DNA of 59,696 nucleotides, the filler included, from Sphacelaria rigidula (taxonomy: Eukaryota), in NCBI GenBank assembly GCA_964200075.2. It is 7 parts of 7 records of this genome, joined end to end, with 100 filler letters (N's around TTAATTAATTAA, not from the genome) between each part and the next. Parts side by side here need not be neighbours in the genome. Positions count along the whole stretch, not along the records: positions 8,544 to 16,986 come from CAXNAA020011114.1; positions 17,087 to 25,528 come from CAXNAA020011115.1; 5 more parts are not named here. One strand, 5' to 3'. A program made the position numbers and the translations under genes. The notes under the pieces are model-generated. The model did no database searches. It had not been told where the DNA came from and worked only from the letters and a program-made list of their open reading frames with translations. Shown here in pieces: positions 13,316-24,842 of this stretch. Positions within the stretch are counted from its first letter, which is position 1. Each line of letters opens with the position of its first letter.

Positions 13316-13767
13316 TTACCGTACTACAACCGACATTTTACGAACAGAGGCACTAGATGCCCTGAAATATGGATCACGCGTCTCAGCTTTTGAGAGTTGT
13401 CCTATGAGATTTGGTGTGGAGGACCGCTAGAGCAATGTGTCATTGAACAAAAATGGAGATATTTTTGTTTTTGTCGTTTTTGCATTTCTCTCCGTGTTCT
13501 CGGGGGATTTAAAGGAAAAGTGAACATTGCCGTTGGGTCTTATCTCAATTTTTCAGCTCGATTCTTACAGTTGAGCTTTTGAACTTCGCATGGAGAATGA
13601 CCGAGGTTTGCTAAATAAAAATAAAGCGGCCTTGAATTCTTTTTGGTGAGGGGTTCGGGCGATCTCGTCAACATATGGTCGTCATCTTGCTGAAACGCCG
13701 AAAACCAGCGGGAAAAAAATCAATACTGACGTGAGCCGTTTGTCTCTGTTCACCATCACCTATCAAG

Positions 13768-13940
13768 GTCCCGCACAAAATTTCAAAACACAAACTCCAC
13801 ACGTGCGCCGACAAACCGCCTGCAAACTACTGTTCCGAACTTCCGCCCGCCTAGTTTTGAAAAGGCGGATTCGCAATGCTTCACCTCGAGTCGGATCGTG
13901 GAATTTGGTATGGACAATAAATATGGTATGAAGGAAGGCC
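13768..13940 (+). repeat. Dispersed repeat homologous to ~33805-33980
   Basis: CCCGCAC.AA.TTTCAA..CACAAA...CTGCAAA.TACTGTTCCGAA and TTTGGTATGGACAAT.AATA.GG.ATGA occur at both sites. Confidence 0.7.
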
Positions 13941-14804
13941 GTGAATGGGGTCCCAACGTGTTTTATCGTGTCGTTCATGACTTAAGGACAATCATCAGTT
14001 TCAAGGTTTTAGTAAAAGACCGTTAAATCGCCAAGAAGTAAATTTGGGACCCCGCAGGCAGCTATTTTCCATGTCCTGTTGATCTTCCATACTAAATTTT
14101 ACTGCTCATCTCTGAGTTCTGCGGTGAAAGCAACTGATTTTCAATATATTTCGTCGTGAGATAAATCCGTGACAGTGCCGTCCACACCATCTGGATCCCG
14201 ACGGCTACGCTGTCTGTCCTTGCCCCCCCCCCCCCCCCCCCCCCCACACAAAAAAAAAAACAAATATAAATTATTATTCACACTTATTCCTCTCTCTCCT
14301 GCGGGCGGTCGGGGCGCGTTTNNNNCCCCCCCCCCGCAGAAAAAAGGAAATAAAGAGCCATTTTGCATTATTTCTGACATGCCTTGCCTGTTCCGGAGGC
14401 GGAGTTCGACGTAATATTTCGAAACATCAACGTGAACACCTCAGCCAACGCACAAGCGCAGGACAATCTACCTTGCAAATCCACCACGAAAATTCCCGAC
14501 GAAATAGCTGAAACTTGAAACAAAAAATATTGGAAAAAAATAATAACAAATGGCGACTACACGGAAAAGTAATACTTTTCGTCATCATTACACACAACCA
14601 GCCACACACAAAATATATAAGACTGTTCCAGCTACACAAGATGGATCATCACACGCAACGCCGACACTGTCGCCACTCACTACACCACCGTGGTCACGCG
14701 TACTTGTTAGGAGGACGAATCTAACACCGCCGTAATATGACCACTACAACGGGTCACCATAACACCGCCGTCGTGTTAACCCTCGAGAAAAAAGTAAGAA
14801 TAGG

Positions 14805-16986
14805 TCAAAGGACACTGGCTTCCCCTTGCCGTCGGGACTCATCATCGAGACCCAAGGCTTCCATCACCGATGCCGTCCGGACGTCGAAGTCCTCCAACCC
14901 TTCACTGTCCTCCTCATGGGCAACAATCCCCGGCACCAACAACTTGAGCTGCGCTTGCAGGCTTAATTTCGGGGCCGCGCTCCGCCCTTTGAAGGTGCCA
15001 CCTACCTCTACGATGTGGTCCCTCAACTGCGCGACTGTGAGCTTCGCGAAGGACGCCTCGGTGAAGCTCAGCGCGAGCAGAGCTTTCTTCGCGCCATCGC
15101 GAAGTTCTGTAGTACTAGCCGAGGCACCACCGCCGCCTGAGCTGGCCGGCGGCGCTTTGGGCTTGGCAGCGGCGCGTGCCGCCTTCAACGTTGAACGCAG
15201 GGCCTGCGGCGTGGCTTTTTCCTTCTTGAAAACGTCGGCAACCATCCCCAGTCGCCTGCAATACTCCGCTAACCGCACGTTTTGAAATTTTCGCAAGAGG
15301 AACTCGTACACTGCTTGCTGAGCACTAGGGTCCGAGGCCCAATCCTGTGTTACACGAATGCACTGCTGCAACTGGTTCCGCACAACCTCCGCCCCCCCAA
15401 CAACTCTCTTTATTTCTTCCGGGAGGTTTCCCAAGAAAGTACCTAAAAGATACGGTTTGGAAAAAGCATGACAGTACCCGGCCTCCTAACGTTGTACCAG
15501 CCTGAACAATTCCCTCGTGACAAAGCACAGGCTCTTGTCCTGATACACCTCATTACGACGTACCACTTTCGTCTCTAGGCCCTTCGAATTGGCCGGCGCC
15601 CGGCAGTCAAAGTCCTCTTTGTTCACATATTTCCGCGCATTCAACAAAGGCAAGAACAAGTGACCATCGTGGGCATTCCGGCGCATGCGCGTGAAGCCGC
15701 TGCTAAGCAACCACCCGGATACCATGTACAACACTCCAGCGCGATCCTGATGCAGTTCCAACCCACCCCTGGGGTACCCGAACTCAACCATGTTCACATC
15801 CCCCACGCCGGTGAGCAGCCTGTCGTGCATGGCCTGTGATACACAAACCCACCGAACGGTACGAGGGTGGACAAGCGGCAACAAACGCCTACTGTTAGTA
15901 TTGATACACATAGCGGCGGGTGAGCTGCATAATGAGGACAGTGCATATTTTAGACGGATTGCGGTCACCATGGAGCGAGGTTGTGCGGACACATCGCCGT
16001 CAGTACGCGGGCCGACGACATCCGGCGAGGAGCACCGTAATTTTAACTTGCCCGCTCGAGGAATAGATAGCAAGCCACGAGGGCGCGCTCCGCTTCGGGG
16101 CTTGGGTGATCGCCACCTGAGTTGTGGAGGTGGAGTGACGCCGCGGCCTCGACAGCAAATTGTGTCACGAACGCCAACATCTCTCCATGACGTGCATCTT
16201 GGCGCAGCTTGGTGAACCTCGACGCTCGCGTTGAGTTGGCGGGACCCGTCATTACGGCCCGCAGTGCTGCGATGAGCTTATGCCAGATGCGTTTAATCTC
16301 GAGGCGAGTCGCGGCAAGGCTCATCACGGCTTCCGCTACGGGCAGCAACCACTGGGCGTCATCCTTGCAACGTTTGCGCACCTTGATCATCACCGCCTCG
16401 GCAATTCGGCTGGCGACAGGCAGGTTCCGAAGACTTTCGTCGATGATCATCTTGAACTCCTGGCAGAAGGTCAGCAGCGGCGTGTGCAACCGAGAACAGA
16501 GAGAGACCCCGTGGGCGACAAGCGCCGTGCGCGATTAGTGAGAAGAATGAATTTGCCGTTGGCGGGTGAACAACACAGGCGAACAAATGTGCAAATACAT
16601 GCCAAAAATAACGCGCACAACAAGCCGCGAACGAAACTGTCAGCACCATGTGGTACATTACCCCACTCCTCGATATAGCAAATAACACAAACACAAAACA
16701 TCGAGCAATAGATCTTCTCACCTCGCGACTAAAGTTGGCTTTGTTCGGAGGTTGGAATACCTCCGCTGCTGCCGACCGGACGGGAACCGGCGCCGACGAC
16801 GCTGATGGGTCGGTTGCAGGACCGCCACAGCCCGCACGCGTTTCCGCATCCCCACATTCCATGTGCGCTATCGTCGCAGAATCCGACCCGTCCGGTGTTC
16901 CAGCCATACTCTCAGCATGCAACATTTTTGCAACATCATGTTCCCCCTCGTTTTCCAGTATCCCGCTCCCCTTGGCAGCCGTCCAG
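14805..16986 (-). pseudogene. Spliced, degenerate gene resembling transposon-associated proteins (LYxVSGWLL...LCFVT...LR..LK domain) with a C-terminal SAP-like motif
   Basis: ORFs 15486-16073 and 14805-15434 share a frame and are separated by a single TAG (15486-15488). Branch point TACTAAC and acceptor atcacag| near 15834; donor GAG|GTGAGA near 16722. C-terminal KLTVAQLRDHIVEVGGTFKG...KLSLQAQL is SAP-like. Confidence 0.5.
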
Positions 16987-18309
16987 NNNNNNNNNNNNNN
17001 NNNNNNNNNNNNNNNNNNNNNNNNNNNNNNTTAATTAATTAANNNNNNNNNNNNNNNNNNNNNNNNNNNNNNNNNNNNNNNNNNNNACCACTGTCCGATG
17101 CCGATCCCGGAAAAGTTTCGTTTTGCTGTTCGACAGTTTCTTCGGATATTTGACTGGACTGTCAGCGTCACTGAAATTATGATCCTCGTGGTCGACACGC
17201 AAATCAAGTGGTATCAACCATTCTGAAACGTAGCCCAACGCCGGTAAACTCTACTAAAATAAATTGTCAGCAGATACCCCTGAGATAGGGTTCACGAGCC
17301 GGAGACGAAACAAATTCAAGGCTAAATGCGCGGGTTGATGACTCGCGTGTGATGTCTCGCCTTTCCATATCGAGAAAGAACACAACACGCTGTGGGTCAC
17401 AATAGTTCGAGTTCATTATCGCATGAGACTGTTGACATCTTCGCAGTCTGTAATGTAGGTCCCAATCGTCAAGTTCCGGCTCGAATCTTCCCTGGGTCTG
17501 AGATTCGAAATAATGCCAATGACCATCGTACACCTGCACCAGCCACCTGGCAACAACATGCCGTTTGTGTGTGCAACCAGTTCATAATATATAGCCCAAC
17601 AACAGCTCGGAAAATAATCGAAACCGATGGAAATCCAATCCTTGGGGTCCGGGGCGCAAAATGTTCTTCCATGAAAGGAAAATTGATGACGGTGAGCGTC
17701 CGATTCTTGTGAACGGTACCCGACCGGTAGGGTACGCTCTCATTGTACATAATAATCGGAATAACTTCGTCATGGCGTGGGGGTTTCACGATTCCACGTA
17801 TTGGGTGGCTGTCGATAAAGCATGGTCCATTAGTTTGAACAATGTGTAGTACGATTCCGTTGACCATACCACAACCTCTAATTTGAACTAGAGCACGTAA
17901 AAGATTCGTAGTCAGGTTGCATAAGCCTTGCATCTACCGTTGGGAATATAGACTGGGATGTCACTTCCGATTATCAACGAGGCGGCCGATCGACGGGGGC
18001 TAATTAACCATCGTTGAGCTACGTTTTAGAATGGTTAACACAATTTTACAAGTATCACTAACCCTAACCCCGACGCAACGCGCACGAGACCCTCGGGCAA
18101 GGAGGGTGCATAGATTCCCCTAGGCAAAATGTGCGTTGGCAGACTTCAAACCATCGCGGCAGGCGCCGATTTCGACGGAAACACGTTCTGGACGAGCTGG
18201 GTCTACTGCTCACTTGCCCGAAGCCATAAGTTTTCTCAGAACTTTATCGAGTCTAAAATCAAGTAGTAAGTAGTCATCCCTGTCAACTATTATGTACGAA
18301 CATTTCTTT

Positions 18310-19177
18310 AGGTCTACCGCTCGAAGGGTCAACTAGCCTCTTATTATACTAGAAGCCAACGTGTCGCGTAACAATTTAAAAGGTGAATGTGACCTCGGTT
18401 CAAATGAATTGATCACTCTGAAACATATCTTCAACTCTCAATCTCACGAAAACGTTGTTTCTACTCAAAATTTGAGTAGATCGAGTATGATCTCCAATAA
18501 TACTCAACTCAAATATTGAGTAAGCACTCCCAGTAATACTTGTGTATAGGGTATCACTTGGGTATGGCTTCAACACTTCACTCAAATTTTGAGTAGATCG
18601 AGTACGGCCTCAAACACTCTACTCAAATTTCGAGTAGGTCGAGTACGGCCTCAAATAATCTACTCCATTTTTGAGTTGATCGTGTACGACCTCCACTACT
18701 TTACTCAAACATTGACGAAGCACTCTCAGCAATACTTGAGTATAAAGTATCACTTGGGTATGATAAGTATCCGTGACCGTCGGCGACTTCGTGACGTCAC
18801 TTCACAGACTATGTTGAATACATGGGCGAACGATGACCATCAATTAGGTGAGTGGCGGTACGCCGCGGGCTACAATAAGTACGAGCGAGTGATAGCCATC
18901 AAAACACAAAAAAGCGTGCAGGCGACTAAACCTGCCTGCCCCAGCTCCCCTGCCTCCAATCATGGCAGTGCATACTTGATACTATTCAACCCCTGCGATA
19001 TCACTTTCAGTATAAGCGCTACTCATCATCATTGAGTAATCGAGTAGACGGGTAGTCGGGTAGTTGTTATCGAAGTGAGCGACTCTACTGGCCGCATATG
19101 TGACTCCTCCATGGGAGACTCAGCGGTGGTACATCGGGTCTGGCCTCAGGTACTCTACCCAACTCTCAGGTGTTTGA
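18310..19177. mobile_element. Left part of a hAT-like element built of 40-bp TACTCAAATTTTGAGTA units, interrupted by the LTR retrotransposon
   Basis: Same unit as the 3794-4046 MITE and 24393-24693. No left TIR was found in this piece. Confidence 0.6.
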
Positions 19178-19384
19178 GGCACGGGGATTCTGGAGGATTC
19201 TGGGAGGATTCTGGATAATGACCGGGACACGGGGATGATACCTGGCGTGTCTAGAAGGTTGGTGCCTGGTAGGGCACTCCATGATGGTGAAATGTTGTGA
19301 AGGCTGACAACTGAAACTGAGGCCAGTAAGACTGGGGAGTCCCTCAACAGCAGTGATCCACCACTTCTTCTGGCTGGCGTCACA
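19178..19384 (+). repeat. 5' LTR, 5'-truncated
   Basis: Matches the 3' LTR from GGCACGGGGATTC to GGCGTCACA. The first ~60 bp of the 3' LTR are missing here. Confidence 0.9.
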
Positions 19385-19686
19385 ATATCGATATTAGTGC
19401 TAGTGTGAGTGCTAGAAATAGTACCTATCAAAACCTGCTGGAAGGATTTCGGCGGAGAGTCTGGCGGCTGAGGACAACCTGAAGCATCACGGACGCGTGA
19501 AGGGGGTTCAAGCTGATGGTAGCTGCAGAAAGGCGGCTGACCTGTGATTGATCCAGACTGGAGACTTGCTGAAGCTGCGTACAGCGGGAGTTTGGAGGCT
19601 CCTACGATTGTGTGATGCGGTGACGAAGCAAGGAAGTGTGAAATTCGCGAAGGTCCGCTGGCCTGCGAAAGGTTAGCACGTCCAGC

Positions 19687-20500
19687 GTGACGCCCGTGGT
19701 AATGTATGAAGAGTTGCGACCTGCCCAATACGGGGATAGGTACTCCGGAAGTGCATCTCGCACTTTCTATGCGAAGTACGCGGAGTGCAGTGAGCGTGTG
19801 GAGCACGCTAATGCAGGGGGTGCAGTGCGACACCAGGTAGTGTTGATGGCTCAACAAGTACCGATGTATGTGCAAAGAGTGTTTGCACGTGTGGAACATG
19901 AGAGCAAAATCACCCCGCCGCAATAGGTTGCGGCGATTAAAAAGCATGCTGGGCATGCAGCGGGCACTTGCCACTGTTGTGACCAGGTCAGCCATTACGC
20001 GCGCGATTGCTCAACGTCTTCCAGTGGAGAGTCTGGGTAGTCTCATACCGGGCGCCATCAGCATCGTCAGCACAAGGGCAAAATATGAGGTAAACAAGGT
20101 GGTGACGGCGGCGGATCCTCCGGCGGTGGAGGGTCGCAGTCGAGTTTTCAGCAGCTGCAGCAGCTGCAGCAGCAGCAGCAGGGGCAGCAGGGGCAGAGGC
20201 TTCAGCATGGGTCTGGTTCTGGGTCCGGCGCCGCTGTAGGTGCTGCTGCTCCGCAACGGGCGGTGCAGGTGGGACCGACTTCAGCAGTGTCGAACACTGC
20301 GCCGGCGCCGATGTTGGCGCCGGTGGCGACACCGGCGGCAGCTCCAGGCGCGACACTTGCTGATGCGCTGGTCGGAGGTTCGCCAAACCCTTGGTCTGCT
20401 GGCTGGGGGGCGTACCCGCCGGCGGTGCCGTTTGAACCTGCCGGAGCGTCTTCGCCTGCGCAGCTTGCGCAGCTTGCGCAGCTTGCGTAGCCGTGGCGTC
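19687..20500 (+). pseudogene. gag: gag remnant with an internal deletion between KKHAGHAA and the zinc knuckle
   Basis: Homologous to the gag at 53399-54607, which has several hundred extra bases between those two anchors. Confidence 0.75.
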
Positions 20501-20710
20501 AAGTAGGATTAGCGGCGCATCGGTCGGCGAATGGAGTGCCGGTGGAGTTTGCGGACAGATACATTCCTGCAGAGCTGTGTCTTCCAGATCAACGGGAGCG
20601 TAGAGCCATTGCGGTTCGTGCTCGGTGGGATTCTGGCACCCACTTGACGGGTCATGTGAGTTTGTCGGCACAGATTGTAGTGATGTCGGAGCGTCTACTC
20701 CCGGGTGTGC

Positions 20711-21164
20711 TGTTACAGATTTATTGGTCATGTTCCAGTCGACTGGGTTCCATTTGTCATACTTTGTCATGCTTGGTACCCGACGGGTCATACTACATTG
20801 TTTGATTGAATCCAGCTGCCTGCCCCCTTTGGGTCAGAGTCGTTTTGGACCATACATCTCAACTAGCAAAGCACAAGTTAGCCTGTACGCCAATAATACA
20901 AGAGCATCTACGCCATCACGGACTGCGATCTCAGAGGATTCTTTGGTCGTCACAAAATGTAAGCTTGACCTTCATGCAGCACATGTTGTGCTGCAGCCTG
21001 CGTGGTTCATGGCCTTCCACCTGACCACTGGTGCGGTGGTTGACTCGCACTTGATAATATCGAACTCAATGGTTTCGATACTTAGACTGTGTTTGGGTCT
21101 GCTAGCCCTGGTGCCCACTGAACTGGCATCTTCCTACCCAGGTCGCAAGTATCGTACCATGACA
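20711..21164 (+). mobile_element. Solo LTR (454 bp) inserted in the protease domain
   Basis: TGTTA...TGACA ends and a 4-bp TSD GTGC at 20707-20710 and 21165-21168. Removing it restores LPGVPLRIP (the second copy reads LPGEQIRIP). Homologous to 8810-9259. Confidence 0.9.
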
Positions 21165-21796
21165 GTGCCGCTGCGCATCCCGATTTCGCGCGGGGCGCGG
21201 CAGGCCGTCACCGCGTCGGGTCAGCATGTTTTAGTCACAGAGCGCACTGTTCCGCTGCAGCTGACTTTTACGACTCTCTGGGGACCGGCGCCGTTGCCTC
21301 CGATCTCGGTTGCGATCATGCCGGGGTCGGGTGGCGTCATTCTTCTGGAGTTGCCGACGCTTCAGGATCTTGGAGTCGACGCTCGGCGGTTGAACGACTC
21401 CATGAAAACTCGGATGTCTCCGCCTGGTCCACGCTTGGAGACGCCCCCCTTTTGAGGCAGTCGTCGCGTGAGCTTGTCGGTGGGTGTTTCTCAGGAGGCT
21501 GGGGAGCAGGTGACCGAGGAGCGGGATGCGGCGGTGGAATGCTTCTTAGAGCGCGGCCCGGAGATGGATATGGTTCCGGCGGAAGAAGAGTCTACTCGGA
21601 CGGTCGCGCTGGAGGAGAGCGTGACGGATGCTGTGGCGAGAGGCCTCAGCGTCTCAAAAGCGGAGCGCCTACGCGGCACATCGCATCGCCGCGTCAACGC
21701 GTTTCGTCGTGCGCTGCGGGGTGATCCCCCTGCACGCGTGGATCCCATGCGTGTTCAGCTAAACCCTGGGGCGTCCGCGGCGAAGACGAAGCCGCG

Positions 21797-24053
21797 GTGG
21801 TACGATCCACAGGAAAGTCGAGTTGGTTGGCGTCGTGCATGTCGGCTCTTTTGGCGCTCGGGTTGCTGTTACGGCACTTGCAGGCGGGGTGGTCCAGTCC
21901 GGATATGGCGGTTCCGAAGAAGGCTGCATCGTGGACGAAGGGCAGGCTGCAGGCGTGGGCAGCAGCGAAGGATCTGGCGGCTTATGCCGTGACGCTGTTC
22001 CATCCTCGTCCTGATTGACAGGTGCTCATATTTTCGGGTGCATCTGAGTGCCGCTGGGGTAGTTTTGTCACGCAGGTGCTTAAAGTTGAAATGCAAAGGC
22101 GCTTGCCGGTTGAGGATATGGCGCATGAACCGCTGGCTTTCCTCAGAGATAACTTCAAGGGTTCGCAGTTGTGTTGGGCCACAATTGGCGAGGAAAGTTT
22201 TGCTATCGTGAACACTTTTCGTCTTTTTGAGCATCTTTTGTGGGATGGCGTGCACATTTTCACGGATCACCGAAATGTCATGTATATTTTCAACCCGGAA
22301 GCGTGCGTTATGTCTGTGTCGAAGGCATTGGCACAACGTTCGGAGGGTTGGGAAGCTGTTCTTGGCCAGTATCGTTACTCGATTTGCCATATTTCGGGTG
22401 GCCGTCACGCGTGGGGTGACTTGCTTTCGCGTTGGGTGAATATTCCGGCTTTGCCTGCGTACGCTGTGGCCGTGTATGGTCCGTGTGAACCTGGTTACTC
22501 AATGCCGCCCAATTCTGTTGCCCGCCAAGCGCAACGAAAAGACCTTAGGGCCGAAGATGCGGATGTGCAATCTTTCGAGTCGGACGTTGGTACTGCTATC
22601 TTGGACAATAAAGGTCTGTTCCGTGTGCATGTGCGTGGCCGAAACGTTTTGTGGATCCCGAGTTCTGACAAGCAGTTGCAGGTACGTCTGATGATATGCG
22701 CGCACATTCGCGACCCCGGGCATCGTGGTGTGGCTGCGACGCTCGTGCGCTTGCAAGAGTATTGTGTCTGGCAGGGGATGAAAACTCATGTGCGCAAATT
22801 TTGTCCGCCAGTGTTTTCACTGTGCTGACTCGAGGGCGGGCGATGTTGTTCTCCGCCCGCTTGGCGAAACGGTCCATGGGCCTATGCCGTATGAAGCCGT
22901 TCATATTGACTTCTTGTACGTGGGCAAGAGTGGCCAGCTAGCTTCCCAAGGCTTGTCGGAGGATGCTGGGTTTGCATAAATTTCGGTAATCATGGATGAT
23001 TTGAGCAACTTTGTGTCTGTGGAACAAGGAGCAGTGTGTACTGCTGAATCGACTGCTGCATCTCTGCTGAATTGGTGCAAAACTTTGGGGGTGCCGCGTG
23101 TGTGGGTGAGTGATACCGCCGCGCATTTCAAGAATGCGATCTTGGCCCAATTGCGAGAGGCGTTGCACGTTGATCACCAGTTTGCGGTGGCGTATTCTCC
23201 GTGGTCTAACGGCACGTGCAAACGCATGATCAAGGAAGTAGTTCTCGCTCTTCGCTCTATTCTTCTCGAGCAGCGTAGAGCGATTTCCGAGTAGGTGGAC
23301 GTGTTGCCTGCGGTGCAATCGGTGCTCAATACAGCGTATCGTCGTCGTTACGATATTACGCCGTACCACGTGATGTTTGGTCGTGCTCCTTGGACGTCTT
23401 TCTCGGTGCTGGCGTTTTCGTCGGCGGGGGAATGGAAATGTGATGTTTTGGACGATGTTCAAACTGGGCGTGCATTGCAAGGAGTCTTGGACTTGCAAGA
23501 ACGTTTCCACGTTTAAGTGCAGGAACGTGTTGTCGCTGAACGTGCGCGTAGACGTGAGGGGTCCTCTTTGGGGCTGGAACTGCCGAATTTTGAGGTAGGC
23601 GACTATGTCTTGTACGCACACGTGCGTCGTCCGGGTGTTACGCCCAAGTTGATGGCGACGTGGACTGGTCCATGGAGAGTGGTTGGTGCTCACCATCCCC
23701 ACGTGTTTGAGATTCAGAACATTGTTTCAGGTTGTGTTCAGACCGCCCATGTAGATTGTTTGCGTTTTCATACAGACTCGCGGCTTAATGTTACGACTGA
23801 CGTTAAGGACGTGTTCCGGCATGCTTTCAATCAGGGGCAGATGGCTGGTATTGTCGGAGTGGCAGGAGCAGATGATCGTTCGTTGATCGTGTTGGCCAAC
23901 TGGGTTGGTTTCGAAGTTGAGGAGCGTACGTGGGAGCCTTTCAAGGATATTTTTGAGGCCGCTCCGGAATTTCGTACGAAGGACTTGCGTAAATTGCGCG
24001 TGACTCGTGCCGTTGCTACTCGCATTACGAGTGACTTTGGTATTCAGTCGTGA
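21797..24053 (+). pseudogene. pol: pol remnant: RT N-terminal stub fused in frame to connection/RNase H, then integrase and chromodomain
   Basis: WSSPDMAVPKK is followed directly by AASWTKGRLQAWAAAKDL...VTLFHPRPD. No DYR.LN, YxDD or FLG motifs are present. Confidence 0.88.
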
Positions 24054-24127
24054 CTTACTCGTCGTTTTGACATTTTTTATGTGTCAAGCTTGTTGATCGG
24101 TTTTCGTCCAACGCGCTTTGGGGGTGC

Positions 24128-24392
24128 TGTGATGAAAATACGCCGTTACGTTGAGTTGGTAGTGATAATTTGGAAAATGACTGGGGGCACGGGGATTCTG
24201 GAGGATTCTGGGAGGATTCTGGATAATGACCGGGACACGGGGATGATACCCGGCGTGTCTAGAAGGTTGGTGCCGGGTAGGGCACTCCGTGGTGGTGAAA
24301 TGTTGTGAAGGCTGACAACTGAAACTGAGGCCAGTGAGACTGGGGAGTCCCTCAACAGCAGTGATCCACCACTTCTTCTGGCTGGCGTCACA
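24128..24392 (+). repeat. 3' LTR (265 bp)
   Basis: TGTGATG...CGTCACA inverted termini after the PPT. Its 5' end resembles the LTR start of the second copy (TGTGGCGAAATCACGCCG). Confidence 0.92.
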
Positions 24393-24693
24393 GACCTCAA
24401 TACTCTACTCAAATTTTGAGAAGGCCGAGTACGGCCTTAAATACTCTACTCAATTTTAGTACTCAATTTTCGAGTAGATCGAGCACGATTTCCAGTACTC
24501 TACTCAAATATTGAGCAAGCGCTCTCAGTAATACCTGAGTATAGAGTATCACTTGGGTATGACCTCAATACTCTACTCAACATTTGAGTAGGTCGAGTAC
24601 CGCTTCAAATTCTCTACTCAAAATTTGAGTACTAAAAGTATGACTCTTCGAATATACTGTGTTATTGAGTATACTCTAGTCGACCTGCCCTTG
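24393..24693. mobile_element. Right part and right TIR of the hAT-like minisatellite element
   Basis: 40-bp units ending in TCGACCTGCCCTTG, as at 4033-4046. Confidence 0.8.
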
Positions 24694-24704
24694 AACTTGT
24701 ATTT

Positions 24705-24842
24705 GTTTGGAAACAACTACTTGTGCACGATTCTGAAGAGTCAGTTGTTTGAAAGCAACTGTAATAGTTGCACGCGATTCGGAATGGTTAGTTGTTTGGA
24801 AACTACTAGTTGCATGCGATTATGAACAAGTAGTTGTTTGGT
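24705..24842. repeat. Degenerate ~43-bp tandem repeat, about 3 copies
   Basis: GTTTGGAAAC.ACTA...TGCAC(GC)GATT...AGTTGTTTG recurs. Confidence 0.6.

Larger units (their letters stand above)
19178..24392 (+). mobile_element. Ty3/gypsy chromodomain-bearing LTR retrotransposon lacking the RT core: LTR-gag-PR-(RT deleted)-RNase H-IN-chromo-PPT-LTR; degenerate
   Basis: Near-identical LTR segments at 19178-19384 and ~24187-24392. Zinc knuckle CHCCDQVSHYARDC, protease WDSG, RH-like IFSGAS..WG...IFTDH.N, IN H-H-C-C plus HIDF, VSD and SNGTC motifs, WTGPW, chromo-like NWVGFEVEERTWEPF, and PPT GGGGG before 24128. Multiple stops and frameshifts. Confidence 0.93.

Noticed and set aside
18057-18071. CTAACCCTAACCC as an interstitial telomere
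   Set aside because: Only about two units, which is expected by chance.
19099-19177. TGTGAC at 19099 as the true start of the 5' LTR, implying LTRs with different U3 regions
   Set aside because: The LTR of the second copy starts like the 3' LTR (TGTG..GAAA..ACGCCG), and 19141-19170 resembles the flanking minisatellite unit. Truncation is the simpler explanation.
19120-20791. Long antisense ORFs (291 aa and 267 aa) in the retrotransposon as extra genes
   Set aside because: They run across LTR or solo-LTR boundaries, show no recognisable motifs, and I saw no equivalent in the second copy.
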